Source: a virus. Taken from it: DNA of 64,000 nucleotides. Position numbers and translations under genes: made by a program. Each line of letters starts with the position of its first letter. Within the stretch, counting starts at the first letter, position 1. Positions 17,875 through 26,721 of this stretch are shown piece after piece. The notes beneath the pieces were generated by a model. It worked only from the letters and a program-made list of their open reading frames with translations, was not told the DNA's origin and made no database searches. The stretch is taken from positions 54,426 to 118,425 of the IMG/VR virus record IMGVR_UViG_3300005095_000072, one strand, 5' to 3'.

Positions 17875-18744
17875 ATGAGTAAAGGAAGTCCTTTAAGATT
17901 TGTAGAAAAAGAAAAGAAGATATCTAAGTCTAAAACAGTAAAAAAGAAAAGACTTGTTAAATCTTCTAAAACTAATAAAGCAAAAGAACTTAAGAGGGTT
18001 TATATTATAGAACCTGAAAAGAATTGCTGTGTAATCTCTAAATCAGACTTCTTAACTAATTTAATAGTTTCTCATATAGTAGCTATCAATAATTATATAG
18101 GGTATGATTTAGAGGCATCTATCTTAGGAAAATATATTGTCATTGATGATGAAGCAGAACCTATAGAAAATACTAAGCTTGTAGTATCTAAAGTAAGACG
18201 AAAAGATAGTAGATTTTTAGAGATTAACTTAGATGAAGATTATATAAAGATATTTGCTTATTTGTTATTAGATGAACCTGATAAAAAATTCTTAAGATAT
18301 TGTGATAAGTATTTTAAGAAGCTAAGACCTGAACTCGTATTCTATTATATGTATGCTATAGTAGAAACAGCTTTTGATAGTGATGGAGAGTTCAACATTA
18401 TTCAAGCTGATTTAGTTAGAGAAACTTATAACTATAAAGGAGAACATACATATTTAGAGAAGTTCAGAACTGTAGTCAATTTTGTTAAGAGTCCTAGTGA
18501 GAAGACTTTACATAAATTGTTATTGATTGTAGATGGTAAAGATGAGAATTATCGAGGTATTGTAAGGATTATTGATAATATAGCAAATAAGAGCTATCCT
18601 AGTTATATAGAGAGTAAATTTAAAGATGTCTTAGAAGGTGTTAGCTTTCAAAAGAATTTACTAAAGATATTGGTTAATATGTTACAAGCTGATTCAAAAG
18701 AGGATTTTATCTTAATGTGTCTTAAGAATATAGTTTATATATAA
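17875..18744 (+). CDS. hypothetical protein (possible clamp-loader delta-like subunit)
   Basis: Basic N-terminal tail; size and proximity to dnaX; function is inference only. Confidence 0.3.
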   Translation: MSKGSPLRFVEKEKKISKSKTVKKKRLVKSSKTNKAKELKRVYIIEPEKNCCVISKSDFLTNLIVSHIVAINNYIGYDLEASILGKYIVIDDEAEPIENTKLVVSKVRRKDSRFLEINLDEDYIKIFAYLLLDEPDKKFLRYCDKYFKKLRPELVFYYMYAIVETAFDSDGEFNIIQADLVRETYNYKGEHTYLEKFRTVVNFVKSPSEKTLHKLLLIVDGKDENYRGIVRIIDNIANKSYPSYIESKFKDVLEGVSFQKNLLKILVNMLQADSKEDFILMCLKNIVYI

Positions 18745-18767
18745 TGGTAAGAAAATAATTATTTTTC

Positions 18768-18801
18768 ATTTAAGCTAGTTTTAAGTTTATTATGATATAA
18801 T
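18768..18801 (+). promoter_or_regulatory. host sigma70-type early promoter
   Basis: ATTTAAGCTAGTTTTAAG ... TATGATATAAT, matches the 11485 copy. Confidence 0.7.
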
Positions 18802-18862
18802 TATAATAGAAGTTGAGATAAAAGCTCATCTTCAAATTCTATAAATTTTAAGGAGAAAAGTT

Positions 18863-19081
18863 ATGAATAAAATTGAAGCATATAAAAGCTTAGTTAGAGA
18901 TGATGGAAATGTAGGTAAAGCTGTTATGTCTGTATCTGATTTAATAGAAGCATTAGAGAGGATAGAGGATAAAGATAGTATTCCTGTATCAATTATAGAT
19001 ACAGAAGGTGAAGCATGGTTTATAGATAAAATTCTTTTTCAAGATGAAGATGGAGAAAAGTATCTATATTTTAAGCCTTAA
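18863..19081 (+). CDS. small early protein
   Basis: AAGGAG RBS, own promoter and downstream hairpin. Confidence 0.7.
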   Translation: MNKIEAYKSLVRDDGNVGKAVMSVSDLIEALERIEDKDSIPVSIIDTEGEAWFIDKILFQDEDGEKYLYFKP

Positions 19082-19098
19082 GAGATTATCTCTTAAGG
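19076..19098 (+). terminator. hairpin / probable terminator
   Basis: Perfect stem CCTTAAGAGA-TTA-TCTCTTAAGG. Confidence 0.6.
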
Positions 19099-19130
19099 TC
19101 ATTTTATAAAATTCTAAAAGGATAAAAAAG

Positions 19131-19553
19131 ATGTTAGTATTAAATAATAGAATAAAAGCAAGAAGAGATTTTTTAAAGGATTGGTATAAATCAAAGAACG
19201 GAAATAAAGATATAAAAATTATTAACGATAATAATTTTTTTACAATAAAAGATGGCAATGAGGAAAGAAATTTTGTCGTATTGTTTGAGGTAGAGTTGGA
19301 GATACAGGCTAAAGATGTATTTAAGCAAAATTTTTATGATTATTATTTAGAAAAAATGAAAAGCAGTTTAAGTGAAGATTCTTTTAAATATATCTCTGAA
19401 AATATGCTAAAGAGTGTTGAAGAAGCTTTTAAAAGCTCAAATTACCTTGATACCTATAAAAAGAGCTTTAATATATATCAAGTTGAAGGTTATAATAAAT
19501 ATTTTAATGAAAATTATATGCTCAATATATTTATAAAAGAGATAGAGGAATAA
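19131..19553 (+). CDS. hypothetical protein
   Basis: AAGGA RBS. Confidence 0.55.
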   Translation: MLVLNNRIKARRDFLKDWYKSKNGNKDIKIINDNNFFTIKDGNEERNFVVLFEVELEIQAKDVFKQNFYDYYLEKMKSSLSEDSFKYISENMLKSVEEAFKSSNYLDTYKKSFNIYQVEGYNKYFNENYMLNIFIKEIEE

Positions 19554-19638
19554 TATATCCTTTATCTTTAAATTATTCGCCGTAAAGTTGTAGAACTTTG
19601 TATATATAAAATAATCAAATTTAATAAAAAGGAAAAAT

Positions 19639-20295
19639 ATGAAAAAGTTAGAAGTTAGCACGGATAAAGTTAATTATTATGCTTTAGAAGAAGAGGATAT
19701 AAAAAAGTTGTTTAAAATAGAAGCACAAGAGCAAGTGCTATCTATTTTAAAAGGTAAGTATGGGTTTAACCATATTTTAGGAATAGAATCTAAAGACCCA
19801 ATCTCTGTTATAGAGATATTAAAAGCTATGACAGGTATAATCCATACAGATTGTTTGCTATTTCCTGATGAAGAGGTAGAAACAGATTTTGAAGAGGGTG
19901 ATATAACTTATATTGCACAAGTAACAAAAGAGTATCAATTTGACTTAGAGTATATATTTAGTGCAGATAAAGATATTGCTAAAGAGTTCAACATACCTGA
20001 AGAGACTCCATTAGTGGTAGATACTAACTATGGCTTTAATCCTCTTATGAGATTTAAAGTAGATGGTAAAGTAGTAACTGAAGACTATTTACTAGCTATG
20101 GGTTATGCAGATAAAGAACTTATAAAGTCTTATAGAGAGTATGCATCTGCTTTTGTTAAGGTCTTAAGAGGTTATTTCATGGGTAAAGGTTATAAGCTTA
20201 TAAAAGGAACTGTAAAGTTAGGTGTAGATGTTGGAAATAGGCTTAGACTAGTGCAAGGTTTCTATCCTCATCAATACTATGTAATATCTTTATAG
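19639..20295 (+). CDS. degenerate SAICAR synthetase (PurC)-fold protein
   Basis: IAKEFNIPEETPL, VTEDYLLAMGYA, VLRGYFMGKGYKLIKGTVKLGVD align by eye to PurC but DFKxEFG/DEISPD are lost. Confidence 0.55.
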   Translation: MKKLEVSTDKVNYYALEEEDIKKLFKIEAQEQVLSILKGKYGFNHILGIESKDPISVIEILKAMTGIIHTDCLLFPDEEVETDFEEGDITYIAQVTKEYQFDLEYIFSADKDIAKEFNIPEETPLVVDTNYGFNPLMRFKVDGKVVTEDYLLAMGYADKELIKSYREYASAFVKVLRGYFMGKGYKLIKGTVKLGVDVGNRLRLVQGFYPHQYYVISL

Positions 20296-20318
20296 ATTAT
20301 TAAGTAGGAAAGGCAAAG

Positions 20319-21527
20319 ATGAGTTTATTTACGAAATACAGACCTAATAGTTGGGAAGATGTTAAAGGGCAAGACCATATAATATCTATCTTAAAGGGTA
20401 TTCTTAAGAGAGGAACATACAAGGAGATGAACTCATTAGTGCTTGGAGGGGGAGCAGGTAGTGGTAAAACAACTATAAGTCGCTTGTTTGCTAAAGCTGT
20501 GAATTGTTTAGATAAAAATAACAAACCTTGTAACAAATGTAAGCACTGTCAAATGTTTAATGCAGGTGAATATCCTGACTATATAGAAGAAGATGGTGCT
20601 ACATACAATAAAAAAGAAGATATACAACAATTAAAAGATTTAGCAAATATGTATGCTAATGTGCCTAATGGACTTCGTATCATTTACATTGATGAAGCTC
20701 ATGCACTTTCTAATCAAGCTTGGGATATATTGTTAAAGTTATTAGAAGAAGGAGAAACAAGAACTATATGGATATTTGCTACTACAGAACCTGAAAAGAT
20801 TAGACCTGCAATTATAAGTCGTTCTATGGTATTTTCTGTTAGACCTTTAGGGGTAGAAGATATTAAAGAAGAACTTATAAATATTTGTAAAAAAGAAAAA
20901 ATAAAATACGACAATCAGTCTATAACTAAGATAGCAACAATGTATTCAGGGAAAACTAGAGACGCTATAAAAACTTTAGATATGTATTATAAGTCTAAAG
21001 GTGATATTGTAGATATTGAGTTATCTTCAAGTGAAGAAGATATGCTTGATATTCTTAAGTTAGCTTATTTTAACAAAATTGATGAAGCATATAAATTATT
21101 AGAGAAGATGATAGTTATTAAGAACAGTGATTATCAAAGAATACTATCTAATGTTTTGATGAGTGCTTACTCTTTTGGCAAGTTCGATATATCCTTTAGT
21201 ATAGACAGTAAAAGATTGGATAAATTTAAAGAAGTAGTTCAAAATGATATAAAGAATCTAATTAATTTATATCTACAAAATAAGCCTAACTCTTTAGAAG
21301 ATATGAAATTATATTTGTTGTTAGTATCTGAGTTAGGTATTGGTTTATCTAATAAAGCAGATGGAGAAGAAAATTCTAAAACTGTTAAAAGGAAGTTTGT
21401 ACCCAATGTAGATAAACATTTAGGAGTTGATAACAAATATAAAGAGAAGTTACAACCTAAAAAAGTTATAAGAGTAACAGAAAAAGAGAGGAAAATAAAT
21501 AAGTTTAAAGAACTTGGTTTTAGTTAG
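20319..21527 (+). CDS. dnaX: DNA polymerase III gamma/tau clamp-loader subunit
   Basis: KYRP..W..VKGQ, GGAGSGKTT, C-x6-CNKCKHC zinc module, IDEAHAL, LLKLLEE, ATTEPEKI, IISR. Confidence 0.92.
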   Translation: MSLFTKYRPNSWEDVKGQDHIISILKGILKRGTYKEMNSLVLGGGAGSGKTTISRLFAKAVNCLDKNNKPCNKCKHCQMFNAGEYPDYIEEDGATYNKKEDIQQLKDLANMYANVPNGLRIIYIDEAHALSNQAWDILLKLLEEGETRTIWIFATTEPEKIRPAIISRSMVFSVRPLGVEDIKEELINICKKEKIKYDNQSITKIATMYSGKTRDAIKTLDMYYKSKGDIVDIELSSSEEDMLDILKLAYFNKIDEAYKLLEKMIVIKNSDYQRILSNVLMSAYSFGKFDISFSIDSKRLDKFKEVVQNDIKNLINLYLQNKPNSLEDMKLYLLLVSELGIGLSNKADGEENSKTVKRKFVPNVDKHLGVDNKYKEKLQPKKVIRVTEKERKINKFKELGFS

Positions 21528-21618
21528 TTAAGACTGTATAGTTAAATATGTATATATGTAAAATATTAAATTTGTGGGCTGTTTGGGTGGGTAAAGAATT
21601 TTGAAAAAGGAGAGTGTT

Positions 21619-22089
21619 ATGCCAAAGAAAAAAGCAAAAGACACTAAGAAAGTAGAACAAGAGGTGGCTGATTATACAGCTAAAAATCAAGAGGTTATAG
21701 AAGCTGAGAGTGGTAAGTCTGCAAATGATATATTTTATAGAAGACTTGCTAAGAGGTTAGGAGTTCCTATTAAGGATAGAAAAACTCTTGAAGATGTTAT
21801 GCTTACAATAGCTTTAACAGTTCAAGAGACAGTAGCTATTAAAGGCTCATTTACAATGCCAGGACTATGCACAGTAAAAGCTACAGAAGTTGGAGAAAGA
21901 GAGGGAACAATACAATTCGGACCTAAAAAAGGTGAGAAGTATGTTACTCCTGCACATATTGCTCCTAAGTTTGTTAAACCTGATGGCTCTTTTAAAGATT
22001 TATTAAATGGAAAAGAGGAGCTATTAGCAGAGGATGAAGTTGTTACACTTGAGGATGAAGAGTCTGATGTAGAAGAGACTGAAGAGTAG
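21619..22089 (+). CDS. HU/IHF-like DNA-binding protein with acidic tail
   Basis: FTMPGLCTVKATEVGEREG...GEKYVTPAHIAPKF..GSFKDLLN; start reassigned to ATG 21619 after AGGAG. Confidence 0.7.
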   Translation: MPKKKAKDTKKVEQEVADYTAKNQEVIEAESGKSANDIFYRRLAKRLGVPIKDRKTLEDVMLTIALTVQETVAIKGSFTMPGLCTVKATEVGEREGTIQFGPKKGEKYVTPAHIAPKFVKPDGSFKDLLNGKEELLAEDEVVTLEDEESDVEETEE

Positions 22090-22098
22090 GAAAAGCTA

Positions 22099-23217
22099 AT
22101 GCAATATAAGGTACTTTTATCTTCACAACCTTTTACTTATGAGGTTTATCAAGAGTTAGAAAAAAGAGGGTTAAAAGTACCTTATGACCCTAAAGTTCAA
22201 GATATAAATATATATGCTTATCTCCCTTTATCATTAGAGGGGGAGATAAGCAGTATATTAAAAAGATTTAACTTACAAGACCTTAATTGGTTGGTAAATG
22301 AATATGAAGTAAATAAGAACTTAAAAAAAGTTGAGATAGTAAATACACCTAAAATAAATGATTATGTATATTTACTGTCTGAATTTAAAGAGTTACCCTT
22401 TCAAGTAATAGATATAAAAAACGATGTAGCAACTATAAAAGCTATAATGAAAAATATAGATATTGTTGTTGAAGAACCTTTAGATAATTTAGTCTTAGTA
22501 GATTATGAAAAAGTAAAAGAAAAAATATACACTTCAAACAAGTTACCTGAAAATTTAAGTAATTCTATTTATATAGATTGTGATAGCATCGAAAACGATA
22601 TAAGATATTTATTTAGCTTGATATTAAGATTAAAGTTACAATATCAAGATTATGAAATCGTATTGTTAAATCCTTTACCTAGTTTTAACTCTTTAATAAA
22701 TGAACTGAAATTAGCTTGTATATATGGTGATATTAGGTTTGTTGCTAAAAATATAAACTATAAAGATTATATTTATTCTAACAACTTAAATTTATATATG
22801 TTTAAAGAGGATTTAGTGTTATTATATGAGGTCGTAGAAGGAGAGATATATCAGTATATAGAGGAGATAACTTATAACACTTTAGGATTTAGTAGCTTTG
22901 ATAGTTATCTATATTTTCAAGTTATTAAAAATCTGTATCATAGTGATATTATAGATAAAGATATAGATTTTAACATACTAAAAGTTAAGCTAAATCAAGA
23001 TATAAATTTAGTTAAAATGCTTTTTATCAAATATTGGAAAGATATTGAGAATAAATACAATCTATTAAGAGATAATATAAAAGTAGAAGAACCTTATCAC
23101 ATTATAGAATCAAGTAATGAAATAAACTACAATTCTTTAATAAATCTCTTAGAAAATCATAAACTACATAAATATATAGATAATATTGAATATTTTGTAT
23201 ATATGATAAAGTCATAG
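22099..23217 (+). CDS. NusG-like (NGN+KOW) N-terminus fused to unknown domain
   Basis: PKINDYVYLLSEFKELPFQVIDIKNDVATIKAIM...VEEPLDNL follows the KOW spacing pattern. Confidence 0.4.
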   Translation: MQYKVLLSSQPFTYEVYQELEKRGLKVPYDPKVQDINIYAYLPLSLEGEISSILKRFNLQDLNWLVNEYEVNKNLKKVEIVNTPKINDYVYLLSEFKELPFQVIDIKNDVATIKAIMKNIDIVVEEPLDNLVLVDYEKVKEKIYTSNKLPENLSNSIYIDCDSIENDIRYLFSLILRLKLQYQDYEIVLLNPLPSFNSLINELKLACIYGDIRFVAKNINYKDYIYSNNLNLYMFKEDLVLLYEVVEGEIYQYIEEITYNTLGFSSFDSYLYFQVIKNLYHSDIIDKDIDFNILKVKLNQDINLVKMLFIKYWKDIENKYNLLRDNIKVEEPYHIIESSNEINYNSLINLLENHKLHKYIDNIEYFVYMIKS

Positions 23218-23227
23218 GAGATAAAGA

Positions 23228-23911
23228 ATGGAAGTGAATAATAACTATTGGGATTATATATCAACTTTAGACACTAGAGAGAGTGAAGAAGATATAAGGG
23301 AACTTATAAAAGAGAACTTTCAATTTTTAAAACCTTATCTCAATGAACTGTTTTATGTAGAAGCAAATTATATTTATCTGAATTATGTGTTTGATATACC
23401 TCAAGCTAAGATAGCAGAACTGTTTGGAGTTAGTCAGTATGGGGTGTCTAAAAGGATTAAGTCAGCTTTAGAGAAGATAAATAATTTATTTAAAAGACCT
23501 GAAAATAATAGAAACATAGTTAGACAAGATTTTAAAAATTTATTACCTAATTATCTTGTTGAAATAGCAGTTATATATTATTTTATGAAAACTTTTAGTA
23601 TAACAAGTGAGATAACAGGGTTTACTTATGGTAATCTTAGAAATAAATTATATGATGTTATAAACTTATTAGATAAATACTCTAAAGTTAAAACACATCA
23701 AGAGTTTGTTAAGCTTTATAAAAGAACTAAAAAAGAAAAGAACCAAAATATATATTATATGAACTCTTTGAAAGATAAATCTATATTTGAGTTAGAGGTT
23801 ACAAAAGCAAAAAGATATTATGATTATCTTAATAAGTTAATAAAGTCGAGTAACTATGGTGATTATACTTTCAAAAGAGATGATAAAAAGAGATTAGAAA
23901 GACTTAAATGA
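23228..23911 (+). CDS. sigma70 region-4-like HTH protein
   Basis: YLNYVFDIPQAKIAELFGVSQYGVSKRIKSALEKI; second weaker HTH. Confidence 0.7.
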   Translation: MEVNNNYWDYISTLDTRESEEDIRELIKENFQFLKPYLNELFYVEANYIYLNYVFDIPQAKIAELFGVSQYGVSKRIKSALEKINNLFKRPENNRNIVRQDFKNLLPNYLVEIAVIYYFMKTFSITSEITGFTYGNLRNKLYDVINLLDKYSKVKTHQEFVKLYKRTKKEKNQNIYYMNSLKDKSIFELEVTKAKRYYDYLNKLIKSSNYGDYTFKRDDKKRLERLK

Positions 23912-24579
23912 AAAAAGAAACTTTGCTAGATGTTTATAATACAAAGAACTTAGATATAGCTAACGGATCTTTATCTTCTTTAGTAGAATATCTTATAAGC
24001 AATCCTGATTTAGATTATAAAACTGTTTATATAGATTTATGGAGTGATGATACAACTATAAAATCTATTTTTGGTGGTATTAAAGAGTGCAATCATAAGT
24101 ATATAAACGAAGATAACAATTTATGTAAGTGTGGAGCTTGGGTAGGAAATATTGGAGAAGAACAAGATGTTTGTTTATATTATAAACATTTGTTTAATTT
24201 ATATAATAATATTGATGTAGATGAAATCTTTATACGGTTAGATAGATATTACCCTATTGATTTTAATTTCTCTCTATTTGGTTTAGAGGTCAAAAAGCTA
24301 TATAGGTATGCTAAGATATATGTTATATATAATAATGCTCTTAGATTCAATTCTCGTAATGATATAGCTAATAAATGTAATTACTTTTTTCTGTTACATT
24401 TATCTAAGAAGAAAAAATATCTATGGAAAAATGAAATACTGTTAAATAAGAGTTTTAATCCAATTTATCTGTTTAAAGGAAAGACATTATTTGTTAATCC
24501 TTATTATGATGATATTAGTCTGCATAACATTGACTATTACATTTGTAATACTGATGTTTTAAAATATCTTCATAAATAA
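23908..24579 (+). CDS. hypothetical protein
   Basis: Operon ORF. Confidence 0.55.
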   Translation: MKKETLLDVYNTKNLDIANGSLSSLVEYLISNPDLDYKTVYIDLWSDDTTIKSIFGGIKECNHKYINEDNNLCKCGAWVGNIGEEQDVCLYYKHLFNLYNNIDVDEIFIRLDRYYPIDFNFSLFGLEVKKLYRYAKIYVIYNNALRFNSRNDIANKCNYFFLLHLSKKKKYLWKNEILLNKSFNPIYLFKGKTLFVNPYYDDISLHNIDYYICNTDVLKYLHK

Positions 24580-24598
24580 AATAGATAAAGGAATTAAA

Positions 24599-24985
24599 AT
24601 GAAAGCTAATATAAAAGGCTTAGATAGGGTTATGTGTGATGAACCTATGACTTCAGTAGCTTGTAAAAGCTCTGTAGATGGTTTTTTTAAATGTGAAACA
24701 ACTAAAAGTATGGGAGCAAAAGCATCTAGCTGCACTTTATGTCTTACTAAGATAAAGTCATTAGGAGGACAGGTCAATTCAATAGGAGATAAAGGTTATA
24801 AGATTAAAGGACTTGGGAGATTATCTGTAGTAGCTTTTACTAATCTATTGAAACAAAACAATGATATAGATGTTAGATACCCTGATGGTATTGATAATAA
24901 TGAAATGATAGAGAAGACTAAAGAACCTTTATGGAATGTATCTAAAGATATAAATGGTGATTTTGTTCTTCAAAGAAATTTTTAA
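24599..24985 (+). CDS. Cys-rich hypothetical protein
   Basis: AAGGA RBS; five Cys in N-half. Confidence 0.6.
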   Translation: MKANIKGLDRVMCDEPMTSVACKSSVDGFFKCETTKSMGAKASSCTLCLTKIKSLGGQVNSIGDKGYKIKGLGRLSVVAFTNLLKQNNDIDVRYPDGIDNNEMIEKTKEPLWNVSKDINGDFVLQRNF

Positions 24986-24999
24986 AGTAAGGGGTTATT

Positions 25000-25827
25000 A
25001 TGGGAGTTATGGATAGACTTATGAAACAAGATACAACTTCTATGAGAGTAGAAGATAAGATATCACTCAAACAAAGAGATTATGGAAGAGTTAGTGTCGC
25101 TAGAAATGAAATATTAGCTAAAGAACAAAATATGAAAACAACTGCAAGTCAAGAAGTAGTATATAAATCTCTATTTGATATTATGGATGATACTTTGTCT
25201 TTATTTGATAGTAGAGATAGACAGTCAATAAATGTATTGAGAGCTTTAAGTGCAAATATAGATGATGAACATAACATAACTTCTTTAGCTAGTTTATTTC
25301 AAAAGAAAAATGGATATAGCTTTGATGTTAAAAGTGAAATAGCAAAAAGAGGACTTTATAGTTCATTTTTAAATATGTTAGCAGATGGAAAGCTAGTTAC
25401 AAAAGAGATAAGAGATGTTATACCTAGTAGCATAAAGATAGCTATTGTTAAAAGAAAAGACTATAATAGCACTGATTTATTAAATAGAAATGGTGTTACT
25501 TTTTTAGGAACTTTACCTGCTGTAAAAGTAGATGATTTTTCAGAAGATAGCATAAATTACATAGGAGATAAGCTAAAGATTGTTAATGGTAAAAACCTAT
25601 GGAACTTTATGAACTCTCAAAGAAAAACATATTTAACAGAAACTAAAAAAGATATGATAGAGGATACACTTTTACAAAATGCAGATGCAAAGACATTAGC
25701 AGATATTGTATATAGAAAGTTCAGAAATGACATAGACAGTGGTCTTAACTTTCTAAGGAACCATAACATACCAACTCAAAAGATAAAAAAGGTATCTATG
25801 TTGCTAAAGGTATATCAAGATTATTAA
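25000..25827 (+). CDS. hypothetical protein
   Basis: GGGG RBS, long ORF. Confidence 0.65.
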   Translation: MGVMDRLMKQDTTSMRVEDKISLKQRDYGRVSVARNEILAKEQNMKTTASQEVVYKSLFDIMDDTLSLFDSRDRQSINVLRALSANIDDEHNITSLASLFQKKNGYSFDVKSEIAKRGLYSSFLNMLADGKLVTKEIRDVIPSSIKIAIVKRKDYNSTDLLNRNGVTFLGTLPAVKVDDFSEDSINYIGDKLKIVNGKNLWNFMNSQRKTYLTETKKDMIEDTLLQNADAKTLADIVYRKFRNDIDSGLNFLRNHNIPTQKIKKVSMLLKVYQDY

Positions 25828-25875
25828 AAATGAATACAACTATATGGGTAAGTAGTTGTAACAAAAGGAAATAAG

Positions 25876-26721
25876 ATGAGTGAAATAGAAGTAAAACTTA
25901 AAAGACTACGACCTATTAAAGGTGAATATATAAAAGATTATTTAGATAACTTAGATGTATATAAAAATTTATCAAGTAGTCATGAGTTCCAAAATCAAAC
26001 TAATGTAGGTCAAGGTGGAATAAATTTAGAAAGTATGCTTGAAACTGCAAAGAAACAACTATCTTTTGTATATGATAACCTAACTGATAATTCTAAGTCT
26101 TTTGGGGCTAAGATGGATAGTATATTATCTTTACAGATGTTAGCATTACAACCTATAATACAAAACCTTGATGAAACCTTATATGATGAGAGGAAAGCTC
26201 ATAGTGCCTCTCGTTTGAATGGTATGATAACTCATTTAAAAGATAGCTTAATACAAAAACAACAGTTTGAGTTAAAAGAAGAGATAGATTTATTGCACCC
26301 TAAAATACAAAAAGCTTTTAGTTTTTTAGTTGAGTCATTTATATATGTACTTACAGAGGTAGGGGTAGATGCTTCAACTAAAGCTATGATTGTTAATTCT
26401 CTATCTCTTAAAATAATGGGATTTGAAGAGGAAATGAATAATAGACTTAAAGGGCTATCATTCTCTATGCTTGATAATCTTGAAAATCCTATACTGGAGG
26501 GATTACCTAATATTAAACAGTTAGAGTTAATCAATCAACAAAAGAATACCGTAAAACCTATAGATAAAGATGATGACGAAGATATTGAAACTGTAGAAGA
26601 TATATCAAATAATATTAACCAACAAGAACAATATAAAAAAGTTAATTTAGATAATCTTAATATAGATGAAGATAAAAAGAAAGCTATATTAGAGAAGATA
26701 AAGCAAAGGAAAGGTGAGTAA
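25876..26721 (+). CDS. putative terminase small subunit
   Basis: Helical protein translationally coupled (TAATG) to terL; positional inference. Confidence 0.45.
   Translation: MSEIEVKLKRLRPIKGEYIKDYLDNLDVYKNLSSSHEFQNQTNVGQGGINLESMLETAKKQLSFVYDNLTDNSKSFGAKMDSILSLQMLALQPIIQNLDETLYDERKAHSASRLNGMITHLKDSLIQKQQFELKEEIDLLHPKIQKAFSFLVESFIYVLTEVGVDASTKAMIVNSLSLKIMGFEEEMNNRLKGLSFSMLDNLENPILEGLPNIKQLELINQQKNTVKPIDKDDDEDIETVEDISNNINQQEQYKKVNLDNLNIDEDKKKAILEKIKQRKGE

Noticed and set aside
21575-21592. G-rich patch GGGCTGTTTGGGTGGG before the HU-like gene as a G-quadruplex
   Set aside because: Only three GGG tracts; no other support
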